Assembly: GCF_963921235.1 (NCBI RefSeq) | Contig: NC_086107.1 | Location: forward strand, 108,130,001-108,194,000 | Origin: Mobula hypostoma | Lineage: Eukaryota | DNA length: 64,000 bases | Direction: 5' to 3' | In this document: piece by piece, positions 38,467 to 50,943 of the stretch | Layout: the number at the start of each line of letters is the position of its first letter | Position numbering within the stretch: position 1 is the first letter of the stretch | The notes under the pieces: model-generated | Told to the model about the DNA's origin: nothing | The model's database searches: none | What the model saw: the letters and a program-made list of their open reading frames with translations, nothing else | Position numbers and translations under genes: made by a program

Positions 38467-39054
38467 CAGAGAGTGGCGGGGATTTGAACCCACTGTAATA
38501 GCATTACACTACTGTGCTGCCTTATTTTAGCCTCCAGCCTCTGCAGAAGGGATTGAGCCCCAACCTGTGACTTTTCCTGAGGACTGTTCTGCAAAGTAAA
38601 AGGTGATTACAGTCGAAGGAAGTTCCACCAACTTCCTACAGGCTAGTGGCGAGCGAGCTGCCTTGGTGGCTGAGTACCTGATGGGCTCAAGCAGCGTACT
38701 CATGAATCTCATCAAGATTAATTGCCGGGATTTCATTATCAAAAATAATGAGGAGACTTGCTCACTCTGTAGGACATAGTCTGCAAAGAGAACATTTTGT
38801 GCTTGTTAAATTTTAATGGAGGATTTGCATATGGAATGTAGACTGTGGCAGCGGGGACTTCTTTAAGTATGAACACAATGAATTGAAGTTGAGCAACTCC
38901 TTAGGAGAGCTCCTAAGGTTTTGATATAAGAAGAGGATATCAGCTCAGTTTCCAGTGCTCTGCTCTATCCACGTAACCTTACTGAATTCCTTTATCACCT
39001 TGTCCTTCTTTTCCCCTTTGTGTTTATCCTGTTTCCCATCTCAATACATCTTTA

Positions 39055-39605
39055 GAGGCATAGTTGTAGACCACTGTAGCAGAGAAACAGTTCCTTTGGC
39101 CCATCTAGTCTGTGTCAAACCGTTTTTCTCCCAGGTCCCTTTGACATGCACCTCGGTCTACCAAATCCCTCCCATCTATGTACTTATCTAAACTTCTCCT
39201 GAACATTGCAGTTGAACCCACATCCACCCCTTTCACCAGCAGCTCATTCCATACCCTCACCACCTTCTGAGTGAAGAAATTCCCTCTCAGGTTCCCCGCA
39301 AACATTTCACCTTTCACCCTTAACCTTTGCCCCCTAGCTCTAGTCTCACCCAACCTCAGTTGAAAAAGCCTGCTTGCATTTACCCTATCTACAGCCCTTG
39401 TAATTTTTTATATCTGGACCGATATATCATATCTCTCCTCATTCTCCTACATTCCAGGGGATAATGTGCTAATCTATTCAACCTTTCCCTATAATTCAGG
39501 TCCTCAAGTCCCAGCTACATACTTGTAAATTTTCTTTGTCCTCTTTCAATCATATTGATATCTTTCCTGTAGTAGGTGACCAGAACCGCACGCAATACCC
39601 CAATC
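39055..39605 (-). mobile_element. CR1 3' fragment
   Basis: ORF 39105-39353 (NFFTQKVVRVWNEL). Confidence 0.85.
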
Positions 39606-40159
39606 ATTGTTTTCCTTGACAGTTTAACTTTGACTCACTAGAGTGGCTTGGGTTAGGATTTTGGGGCAGGGGAGTGGATTTCAGCCCATTCTGCCTGTGC
39701 TGTATCTTTATCAGATCTTTCCTGTTAATCCGCACCCCCCCACAAAAAACCAAATTTCATGACATATGTGAGTGATGATAAACCTGACTCTGACCTGGGC
39801 CGCTATTGTGGACTGAGAGTGGGAAGGGGGCAGGGAGAGGGGAATCATGGTTGGGAAAGGGGGGGAAGGAGAGGGGAGGGAGCAGGAAGCACCAGAAATT
39901 CTGTAATGATCAACAAACCAATTCTTTAGACCTTGCCTGGTGTCTCAGGACTGGGTGTGTCTGCACCTGCGCCACCCCTCTCACCCCATCCCTGGCACTC
40001 CTTCTCCACCACCTGCCAAGACCCCTCCCACGGTGCTTCACACTCACCACTCACACCAGCCTTTGCTCCCACCAGATTTACAAACTTGCTCCACATTGAC
40101 AAATATAGTACTGTGCAAAAGTCTTAGGCACTATAGCAATATATATGTGCCAAAGATTG

Positions 40160-40703
40160 GTACTAGAGCGTACAATCATCACAGCGATATTTGATTCTGC
40201 GCTTCCCACTCCCTGGAGTACAAATCGATAGTAAATATTAAAAATTTAAATTATAAATCATAAATAGAAAATAGAAAATGGAAAGTAAGGTAGTGCAAAA
40301 AAAAAACCGAGAGGCAGGTCCGGATATTTGGAGGGTACGGCCCAGATCCAGGTCAGGATCCGTTCAGCAGTCTTATCACAGTTGGAAAGAAGCTGTTCCC
40401 AAATCTGGCCGTACGAGTCTTCAGGCTCCTGAGCCTTCTCCCGGAGGGAAGAGGGACGAAAAGTGTGTTGGCTGGGTGGGTCGTGTCCTTGATTATCCTG
40501 GCAGCACTGCTCCGACAGCGTGCGGTGTAAAGTGAGTCCAATTTCGGAAGATTGGTTTGTGTGATGTGCTGGGCTGTGTTCACGATCTTCTGCAGCTTCT
40601 TCTGGTCTTGGACAGGACAACTTCCATACCAGGTTGTGATGCACCCGAGAAGAATGCTTTCTACGGTGCATCTATAAAAATTAGTGAGGGTTTTAGGGGA
40701 CAA
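40160..40703 (-). mobile_element. Young Rex1/Babar LINE 3' end
   Basis: ORF 40353-40703 LTNFYRCTVESILLGCITTWYG...; near-identical to 12226-12755. Confidence 0.9.
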
Positions 40704-40724
40704 TAAAGATCATTCAATTCTATT

Positions 40725-41290
40725 CAGTCCTGACTGGTTGCATCACAGCCTGGTATGCAAACACTAACTCCCTTGAACGGAATATCCTACAAAAAGTAGT
40801 GCATACAGCCAAGTCCATCACGGGGAAAGCCCACCTCACCATTGAGCACATCTACGTGGAGCACTGGCACAGGAAAGCAGCGTGTTTCTCCAAGGACCTC
40901 CACCACCAAGTCTACGCCCTCTTCTTGCTGCTGGAATCAAACAGGAGGCAGAAGAACCTTGGGACCCAGACCAGTAGGTTCAGGAACAGTTATTACTCCT
41001 CAAAAATCGGGCTTTTGAACCAGTATGAATAACTTAATTCAACTCAACTCTGACCTGATTCTATAACCTATGGACTCACTTCCAAAGACTACAACTCATG
41101 TTCTCAGTATTTATTTATTAATGCATGTTTATTTACACAGTTTGTCTTCTTTTGCACATTGGCTATTTGTCAGTCTTTATTTGTGTGCAGCTTTTCACTG
41201 ACTCTATTGTATTTTTTGTTTTACTGTGAATGCCTGCAAGAAAATGGATTCCAAGGTCGTATAAGGAGACATATGTGTACTTTGAATTTT
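40725..41290 (+). mobile_element. Rex1/Babar LINE 3' end
   Basis: CITAWY-like coding sequence, ORF 40799-41032 and a typical 3' UTR. Confidence 0.8.
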
Positions 41291-41499
41291 GTTCATTGAC
41301 TAGTCGGCATGAGAGGGACTGAATGGGCAACTCCTGCTTCTACTTACTATGGGAATTTTAAAAAGCGGAATGGGATAAATACCTGGGAAGGGAAGTATGT
41401 TCTGGGCTGTGAAGTGTACAAAAGAAACTGCTGGAGGAACTTTGAGTAAAGCAGCATCTGTGGAGGGAAATAGACAGTGAACATTTTGGGCCAAGGCCA

Positions 41500-42385
41500 A
41501 AAGACCATAAGATATAGGAGTAGAATTAGGGCACTCAGCCCATTGAGTCTGCTCCACCATTCCATCATGGCTGATTTATTATCCCTCTCAACTCCATTTT
41601 CCTGCTTTCTCTCCACAACCTTTGATGCCCTGACTAATCAAGAACCCAACAACCTATGCTTTAAATATACCCAATCACTTGGCCTCCACAGCCATCAGTG
41701 GCAACGAATTCCACAGATTCACCACCTTCTGGCTAAAGAAATTCCTCCTCATCTCTGTTCTAAATTATCATACTGCTTTTTTGAGGCTGTGCTGTCTAGG
41801 ATTCAATGAGATACTCCCTCATTCTTCTAAATCCAGTGAGTACAGGCAAGAGCCATCAAATGCTCCTCGTACATAAACTCTATCTTTCCCAGGATCATTC
41901 TTATAAACCCCCTCTGGACCTCCTCCAATGCCAGCACATCCTTTTTAAATAAGGAGCCTAAAACTACTCACAATAAGCAAAGTGCCACCTGACTAATGTC
42001 GTATAAAGCCTCATCATTACATGCCTGCTTTTAAATTCTAGTCCTCTCGAAATGAATGCTAAAAATGAACACATTTTCCTTCCTTACTACTGACTTGCCC
42101 TACAGGTTAACCTTCAGGGAATCCTGCACAAGGACTCCCACTTAGAAAAGAGTCCTTCTACCAAAGTGCATGACGGTACATTTCCCTACACTATATTCCA
42201 ACTGCCTCTAATTCTTCCACAACACTATCTGCCTCTCCACCTATCTTTGCATCATCTGCAAATTTAGACACAAAGCCTGTCATCCAAATCACTGACATAT
42301 CATGTGAAAAGATGCCGTCCCAGCGCCAACCCCTGTGAAACACCACTAGTCATCGGCAAACAGAAAAGGCCCCCTGTATTCCCTT
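41500..42385 (-). mobile_element. CR1 fragment
   Basis: Tail accataagatataggag and the RT FADD region (catcatctgcaaatt). Confidence 0.85.
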
Positions 42386-42784
42386 CACCCGACCTTAAGC
42401 AGGTGAAGGGACTGACGAAGATTCTCAAAAAAGGACTGTCAACCATCAATTCCAGAAGCTGCCTCACTTGTTGAATTCCTCCAACAGTTTGTTTGTTGTG
42501 AAGAGAAAAGAGAGAAATTGCCTTTCAACTCACGAGAGAGCACAGGCCATCAACCTTTTGCTGTTGATATTTCTGCAGCAGGCAATTTCTTTTTTATGAG
42601 GTCGAGTTGCTAGCTCGACGCTCAACCCAGCACAGATGGAAAGCATGTATGGGAGCCGGCTGGATTCGAACTCTGGACCTTCCGCCCCAATGTCCAGCGC
42701 TGATGTCACTATGCCACCAGCCGGCATTTGTTTGTTGTTGCAGATTGGAATTGTCTTATTATTGTCAAATACATCTAAATCTTC

Positions 42785-43360
42785 TATAGGTGTGTGGTGG
42801 AGAGTGTATTGACTGGCTGCATCACAGTCTGCTATGGAAACACCAATGCCCTTGAACAGAAAATCTTACAAAAAGTAGTAGCCCATCACAGGTAAAGCCT
42901 CCCCACCATTGAGTACACAACTGAGCGTTGTCACAGGAAAGCATCCCTCATCACCCAGTTCATGCTCTCTTCTCACTGCTGCCATCAGGAAGAAGGTACA
43001 GGAGCCTCAGGAAAAGTTACTACCCCTCAATCATCAGGCATTTGAACCAGAGGGGATAAATTCATTCAGCTCCTCTCGCCCCATCACCGAACTGTTTCCA
43101 CAACCTATGGACTCACTTTCAAGGACTCTTCGTCTCATGTTCTCAATATTTATTGCTTATTTGTTTATTATTATTATTTCTTTCTTTTTGTATTTGCACA
43201 CTGGTTGAATGCCCAAATTGGTGCATGCCTTTCATTGATTATTATTATGGTTATTATTCTACGATGGATTTATTGAGTATGCCTGGAAGAAAAGGAATAT
43301 GAGGGCTGTATATGGTGACGTATATGTACTTTGACAATAAATTTACTTTGAAATTTGAAA
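42785..43360 (+). mobile_element. Rex1/Babar LINE 3' end
   Basis: ggtggagagtgtattgactggctgcatcacag...ctgctgccatcaggaagaaggtac and tail tttgaaatttgaaa. Confidence 0.8.
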
Positions 43361-45454
43361 TGTATCAGGGTCCAGTAAAAAGCTGGTCTTCAATACTGTT
43401 CTCACAGATCAATTCATTACACAGTGCATTGAGGTAGTACAAGTTAAAACAATAGCAGAATGCAGAATAAAATGCAGTGATACACTTTAATGCAGTATGA
43501 TTTGTCACACGTAAATCGAAACATCGAAACATAAGTGAATGCAACATTTATGTCAGTGAGCACAAGTGTTGACACACTGCCAACAACAGCATAGTATATC
43601 CACAACCATAGTTGTTGTTCACTAAGTGACCATTAATTCCGCAACATGTCAGTGGTAATAAACCTGATTCTGGTTCTAATTGTCTACACCTGTACTAGGA
43701 AGCAATCCTGTGAATCTACATTGGACTCTGTCTATCCTTCCCTACAGCTGGAGCCCAGATCTGATCAGATATTCCAAATGCGATCTCACCAGGGCTCTAA
43801 CTAATTGGAATGAGGTGCTTTTACTCTTGCACTCAAATGCTTTTGTAATAAATGCTAACACACTGTTGGCCTTGCTAATTGTCTGTTGTTCCTGCATAAT
43901 AACATAATATTTACAAGGTCATTCTAGTCCTTCTGAAACCCAACAGCTTTCTCTCTCTCGCTATTTGTAAACTGCTTATTGATCTTTATCTAACAAATTT
44001 CAATCTGCTTTCAGTTCCCTTTCAGACGTTGCACTGTTTGGCTGACATCCACTTCACTGGTTAAAGCGGAAGAATTGTCGAGGAAGATTGAAACATCGAG
44101 GTGAATGTGGAAAGAGAGAGAGGACTCAACACCGACTTCTTGCTTTTTGATCGCTGATGTGAACCCTCTGCTGCCGAGTCTCTCTCTTTTGATAATGTCA
44201 GAGGGATGTTACTGATGTTCAGCTTTTTTGGATTGGACAACATACTGTGGACTTTTTCAGTCTTATAGTTTTTATATCCTGTATTCTGCGTTCTCACTCA
44301 TTCTTTCTCATTGTTTTTCTCGTGCAGGGGAGAGGGAGTTGGGGTCGAAGTTCTTGTTGCATTTTGTGTGGAGAAGGGGAGGTTTGGGGGGGTTGATAAT
44401 TGTGTTGCTGTTTTTGTGCGGGGGTGGTGGGTTTGCTGTTTCTCTTCAAACTCACTTCCATAGTTTTCTTTTCTCGTGACTATCTGGAGAAGATGAATCT
44501 CAGAGTTGTATACTGCATACATACTTTGATAATAAATGAACCTTTGAACCTTTGATCGAATAACAGTGCCACCGATCGGAAGTACGGAGTTCAATTCCCG
44601 CCGCTGTCTGTAACGAGTTTGTATGGATGTGGGTGCTCGAAGTGGGGTGACACCTGTGGGGTGACACCTGCGGGCTGCCCGCAGCGGATGCTCGGACAGT
44701 GTAGGTCTTTGACACAAACATCACATTTCACTGTAAAGCACACAAAGTGCCGGAGGAATTCTGCAGGTCAGGCAGCATCTGTGGAGAGGTATAAAGTGTC
44801 AGCGATCCTGGCCAAGACCCTTCATCAGGACTGGAAATGGAAGGAGGAAGAAGCTAGAATAAGAAGGTGGGGGGGGTGGGGGCAGAAGGAATACAAGCTG
44901 GAAGGTGATAGGTGAAGTCAGGTGCGGGGGAAGGTAGGTGGGTGAGGGAGGAGGGAATGAAGTGAGAAGCTGGGAGGTGATAGGTGTAAAAGTTAAAGGC
45001 TTTGTTGCACTTCACTGTATAATTTGATGGTCTTTAATCTTCTCACATCACTCCTGATTTCTTCTGTTGATTATTTTGGGTAAAAAGCCCTTTTCGAGCC
45101 ATCTTCACTTCATTTGCTCTGTCAAACTCATTCAGATTTTGATCATTGCTACCAGTTTGCCTCAAAACTCGCCAGGAGTTAACACCTCCTGTGGCTGTGC
45201 ATTCTCTGATTAGCTCTGCCGTTTTAACTTGGCTGGTGCCTCACCTTGTGAAAGCCCCAAACCAGATGGCTCCTGGATGCAGGGCTTTTCGTCAAGGAGA
45301 ACATCAGGAATCAAGCCACCATCTCAAAAGTTCAATGGAAATTTATTATCAAAGAACATATATGTCATCATTTCTACCCTGAAATTCATTTTCTTGTGGG
45401 CATTTGCAGTAGAATAAAACATACAATAGTATACTTCAAGAGCTACAAAGACTG

Positions 45455-46190
45455 GCAAGTTTAATTGTCACTCAACCGTACATTAACATCCGTGTACAGT
45501 CAAATGAAACTGTTCCTTTGGCGCCAAGGTGCAAAACACAGAACCAACAGTCATACACAGCACAACACACATATAGCAAATGTAAGATAGCAGTAAACAT
45601 ACAGTCACACTAAAAAAATACCCCAAGTCCCTGAATCCGTGAATGTTGTTGGCAAGAGCAAGCCCGCAGCAGTCTGTAGACAAATACAATCCAGCTTGCC
45701 TTCTACTGAGCGAACACTAGAGGGCAGCACCGACATCAGCACTACACCACCTCTGGGCACCGACTCTGATGTCTCTCTCCTGGGCAGCTACAAATAGGCG
45801 ACACCGTGGCATGCGGCCTAGTCCATGCCACAACCGAAGCCACACAGTTCCCAGTCCCACCAATAAGTCAGTGAACCAGACTTGCAGCACTCCACATTAC
45901 CAATGTCCAACAGAGTCTTGTGATCGCAAGAAAACTGACTGAGACAATCACTTGCTGTTAGACGGCATACCGCACTGCGCACCGACCCCGATATCTTTCT
46001 GTAGCGGGCACCAGGTGCAGCTCCACCAGGTCCTCCACCAACAAGCATCTTGCTGGGGTAGTCCTACAGAACTTGCAGTTCTTAATGTCCAGCAATGCCT
46101 TGCGATTGTAAAAAAGACATTTAAAAAAAGAACAATAACACCTTTGTTTGGCCCCATAGAGGCTGCTGCATCCGAGCATGCCACCGTCTT
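45455..46190 (-). mobile_element. Non-autonomous retroelement (same family as 8800-9590)
   Basis: Shared tgtgatcgcaag and ggacattaagaactgcaag blocks and the same tail. Confidence 0.65.
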
Positions 46191-46266
46191 ATCAGAAGTT
46201 GAGGTAAATCGCTGATGTGCAAAAGAAGACAAACTGTAAATACAAAAAGAAATCAAATGATATAAA

Positions 46267-46950
46267 TAGATAGATAGAAAGATAGACAGAAAAATAGATA
46301 GACAGAGAGATTGATAGACAGATAGATAGACAGGTAGATAGATAGACAGGTAGATAGATAGACAGAAAGATAGATATAGACAGATAGATAGACAGATAGA
46401 GATAGATAGATAGATCAATAGACAGATAGATAGACAGAAAGATCGATAGACAGGTAGATAGATAGACAGGTAGATAGATATAGACAGATAGATAGACAGA
46501 TAGAGATAGACAGACAGAGGTAGATAGATAGATAGATAGACAGAAAAATAGATAGACAGAAAGATCGATAGACAGGTAGATAGATAGACAGGTAGATAGA
46601 TAGACAGAAAGATAGATATAGACAGATAGATAGACAGATAGAGATAGATAGATAGATAGATCGATAGACAGATAGATAGATAGACAGAAAGATCGATAGA
46701 CAGGTAGATAGATAGACAGGTAGATAGATATAGACAGATAGATAGACAGATAGAGATAGACAGACAGAGGTAGATAGATAGATAGATAGACAGAAAAATA
46801 GATAGACAGAAAGATCGATAGACAGGTAGATAGATAGACAGGTAGATAGATAGACAGAAAGATAGATATAGACAGATAGATAGACAGATAGAGATAGACA
46901 GACAGATAGAGATAGGTAGATAGATAGATAGGAAAATAGATAGGTAGATA
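46267..46950. repeat. Compound (GATA/GACA/GGTA)n satellite with a ~250-bp higher-order period
   Basis: Landmark cagaaaaata at 46287, 46541 and 46791; 46441-46640 matches 46691-46890. Confidence 0.95.
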
Positions 46951-47924
46951 TCATTGAGAACATGAATTGTAGAATCCTTGAAAGTGAATGCATAGGTTGT
47001 GGAATCAGTTCAGACTTGAGGTGAGTGAAGTTATCCACACTGGATTAGGAGCCTGATGGTTGATGAGTAATAATCGTCCCTGAACCTGATGTTATGGGAA
47101 CTATGGCTCCTGTACCTCCTGCCCAGAGGCAGTAGAATGGTGCACATCCCCCTTGAGTACAAGTGCAATCAGGTCAATTACTTCATAAAAAGGTGCACCG
47201 AATGCCAATCGCAGGGGACTGATTGCATTGATGCCTTCTTGTTAAACCCATTGATCTGTGTCAGGACACAAACCGGTGAGAGTAGGAAGTGTTCATTTGC
47301 CCACAGAGCTGCTAGGAAAGCTGCATTCATAACAATAGAGCTAATGATTGGCATGGAACACTCATCTGCATATTGAGCAACCCCCTGGGCCAGCAGAATG
47401 AATTTCGGATGCAGATTAATGCCACCGCCATCGCCGACTGTAAAGCACTGTCCTTGTAGCTCGCCAGGAGCACTCGCTTTGCACCTCGACAACAAAGGAG
47501 CCGCCCTCTCCATCTATAATGAAATGGATGGAGTACAGCAGGCAAGAAAGAAAAATGCATGTTTTATTTTTGTTGTTGGCAACCTGTCAAATCTATTCTG
47601 CAACTCCTAATATACCACTGCATTTCCGTTGTCTCCAGGCTGAGTGAAGTCTTCAGAGAATTGTTAAATTCATCAGGCATGACTGCCCTTTACAAATGTG
47701 CTCTGACTACCGCTGATTACCTCGTACCTTTCCAAGTGTTGTCTCGCATTATCTTTTATTTCTTGCAATGTTTTTTGTTTGACTGACAAGGTGACATTAG
47801 CTAGTCCACAGGAGCCAAGTTTACTTACTAACACTTTACAACAGGAAGATAACATTCAATATCTTTCACTTGAGTGGGACAATCACTGTGCATTTGGAAA
47901 TTGGGTGCAGCCTCATCTTTAACA

Positions 47925-48060
47925 TTCCGGAGCGCTAGCACTCTTGTCACTGAAGCAGAAGTTTGTTGGATCAAGTGCCACTCTAAAGATTTGAGCACAG
48001 AACCCTCAAGTAATCAGTGAGAGAATGCTGCACTCCTTGTAATGCCTACTTTCAGAGAAT
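47925..48060 (+). mobile_element. Ancient DeuSINE-like fragment
   Basis: agcactcttgtcactgaagcagaag...atcaagtgccactctaaagatttgagcac...gaatgctgcact resembles the Deu domain. Confidence 0.5.
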
Positions 48061-49321
48061 AAACTGGTGGTGTCCATTGAGCACACCAATCTCTCTGATC
48101 CTCCACACTGCCAAGAGTCTTACCATTAATACTATATTCTGTCATCGTATTTGACCTACCAAAATGAACCGCCTCACACATATCTTAGATAGGTCTACAC
48201 ATGTCACAAACAGACTTGAAGAGCCACATTGTCCCAGGGCGTCAAAGGGTTTGGGGATAGGCAGGGGAGTTGGGATGACTGGAAGAATTGGATCAGCCAT
48301 GATTGAATGGCAAAGCAGACTCAATGGGCTGAATGGCCTACTTCCGCTCCTATATCTTATGGTCTTATATCTACAAGGAGCGCTGCCACTGGAAAGCAGC
48401 ATCTGTCAACAAGGACCCCCTCCATCCAGGCCATGCTCTCTTCTCATTGCTGCCAATGGGCAGGAGGTTACAAGAGCGTCCCACACCTCCAGGTTCCGGA
48501 ACAGCTATTACCTGTCAACCATCAGGCTTCTGAACCAGTGTGGATAACTTCACTCACAATAAGGCACTTTCAAGGACTCTACAACTCACGTTCTCAATAA
48601 AATACATTCATTTATTTACTTGATGGTTTATTTATCCATCTATCTATTTATCCATCCATCTATTCAACCATCCATCTGTCCATCCATCTAAGACCATAAA
48701 AGCATAAGAAATAGGAGCAGGAGTTGGCCAACTGGCCTGTCGAGCCTGCTCCACCATTCAATAAGATCGTGGCTGATCTGGCCATCGACTCATCTCCACC
48801 TACCTGCCTTTTCCCCATAACCCTTAATTCCCCATCCATCCATCTATATATTTATGTATTTATATTATTTGTTTTTTTTTGTATTTGCACATTTTGTCTT
48901 CTTTTGCACATTGTTTGTCAGTCTTTGTTTGTGTGTAGTTTTTCATCGATTCCGTTGTATTTCTCTGTTCTACTGTGAACGTTTGCAAGAAACTGAATCT
49001 CACGGTTGTATATGGAGACATGTACGTACTTTGATAATAAATTTACTTTGAACTTTCTCTCAGACTAATAGGACATCCCTCTGTGTTAAGCAGTAAGTTT
49101 TAGAAATAGCCCGGGCTCAGGCAGCACCTATAGAGAGAAAACAGAGCTAACATTTCAGAGTAATGACCCCTCAACAGAACTGGAATATTCACACGACAGA
49201 AAATGCTGGAGGAACTCAGCCGGTACGGAGGGGAATAAAGAGTCGGTGACTTGGGCCGAGACTCTCCATCAGGAGTGGAAAGGAAGGGGGAAGAAGCCAG
49301 AACAAGACAGTGTGGAGAGGG

Positions 49322-49467
49322 AAACAACAGGAATTTTGCAGATGCTGGAAATTCAAGCAACACACATCAAAGTTGCTGGTGAACGCAGCAGGCCAGGCAG
49401 CATCTGTAGGAAGAGGTACAGTCGACGTTTCAGGCCGAGACCCTTCGTCAGGACTAACTGAAGGAAG
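49322..49467 (-). mobile_element. Short Penelope terminal repeat inserted in an older Penelope, 13-bp TSD
   Basis: agtgtggagaggg at 49309-49321 and 49468-49480. Confidence 0.88.
49420..49455 (-). ncRNA. Minimal type I hammerhead ribozyme motif, intact core
   Basis: Identical 36-mer to 20698-20733 (AGTCCTGACGAAGGGTCTCGGCCTGAAACGTCGACT). Confidence 0.8.
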
Positions 49468-49543
49468 AGTGTGGAGAGGGGCTGGAGTACAAGCTGGGAG
49501 GTGAGTGGCAGGATGGGTGAGTGGGGTGAAGTGAGAAGCCGGC

Positions 49544-49990
49544 TTTGAAATGATATTTTTGATCCTTCGGTTAAATTTGAAGAGACTTGGAAACCATTTA
49601 TTCAATATTTTCATATGATGTAATTTGACCTTTCCGAATCCTTCTTATTAACTTAAAATATATGAATAGAGGAGCGGAGTTGACGACATTACTGAACGTG
49701 TACAATTTAAGATATTGGTCTAGACCTGTTTTGTTCCGTTTGCTTTTTTGGGTTTAGTATTTAGTTCTTTTTGTTTTTTTTTGGGGGGGGGGTTGCTTTG
49801 TATTTTTTGCCTTCTATTTCTTTTTTTTTCTTTATGATTAATTACATCATGAGTTTCGAAGTCTATTATACCTGCGTTATCTGAAATCTTTTCTGTATCT
49901 GTTTATTAACAATAAGATTATTCCAATCTCTTTACATTGATATTTTGTTTATATCTTTGGAAAAATTAATAAAAAGATTTAAATAGAAAA
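49544..49990 (+). mobile_element. L1-clade LINE 3' end
   Basis: ORF2-end-like FDPSVKFEETWKPFIQYFHMM*, T-rich 3' UTR, AATAAA with an A-rich tail; flanked by agccggc on both sides. Confidence 0.65.
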
Positions 49991-50562
49991 GCAGCCGGCA
50001 GGTGATGGGTGGAATGGGTAAAGGGCTGAACAAGAAGGAATTTAATAGGAGAGACCAGTAGTCAATGGGAGACAGAGAAGGAGGAGGGGAACCCGAGGGA
50101 GGTGAGGTGCGTGTGAGAAGAGGGTAAAGTGTTAGAGGACTTCCACTTACATACAAGTTGGAGGCTACCCAGACATGAGGTGTTCCTCCTCCAACTAGAG
50201 TTTGGCCTCATCATGGCAGCAGAGGAGACTACGGACAGTCATGTTGGAATGGGAATGGGAAGCTGAATTGAAAAGGGTAGCCAACAAGAGACACTGCCTT
50301 TGGCCACAGATGGAGTGAAGGTCCTTGGGACGGGGGAGAGAACCACGGCATGCAGAGCACGTTCAACTGGAGAACATGCCAACTCCAAGCAGGCAGCATC
50401 AGAGATCAGGGTGAACTCAACTCTCTAGAACTGAGGGGCACTTGTACTAACTGCTGCGCTACATGCTGTCGCGATGAAGTAGCTACAGCAACGTTGATCC
50501 ATTGTCTGAGATGCTCAAAACCAAGGGTCAGCCTCAAAATCAGAGGCCCAAAATCTATTCAA

Positions 50563-50943
50563 CATACACAAAATGCTAGAGGAACTCAGAGGGCCAGGCA
50601 TCATCTATAGAAAAGAGTAAACAGTCAACATTTCTGGTTGAGACCCTTCATCAGGACTTAGAAAATAGGTGAGAAGTTAGAGCAAGAATGAAAAGCTACC
50701 TGGTGTCCGTATTGCACCCACTTCCATAACTCCAAGATTCTCTCTCTGCCACCTGCAATGGACCTGTCTTAAAAAAAATGTATTCTTGCTCTAACTTCTC
50801 ATCCTTTTTCCAGTATTGATGAAGGGTCTCGGCACAAATCATCGACTGCTTACTCTTTTCCATAGATGCTGCCGGGTCTGCTGAGTTCCTCAAGCATTTT
50901 GTCTTTCTTGGATTTCCAGCTTCTGCAGATTTTCTCCTCTTTG
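50563..50943. mobile_element. Second fold-back Penelope-like insertion
   Basis: Arms ~50568-50689 and ~50782-50902 are inverted; flanking direct repeat ggcccaaaatctattcaa (50545-50562) / ggctcaaaatctatccaa (50944-50961). Confidence 0.8.

Noticed and set aside
46415..47038. 207-aa ORF and similar YLSI-rich ORFs
   Set aside because: Translation of the GATA microsatellite.
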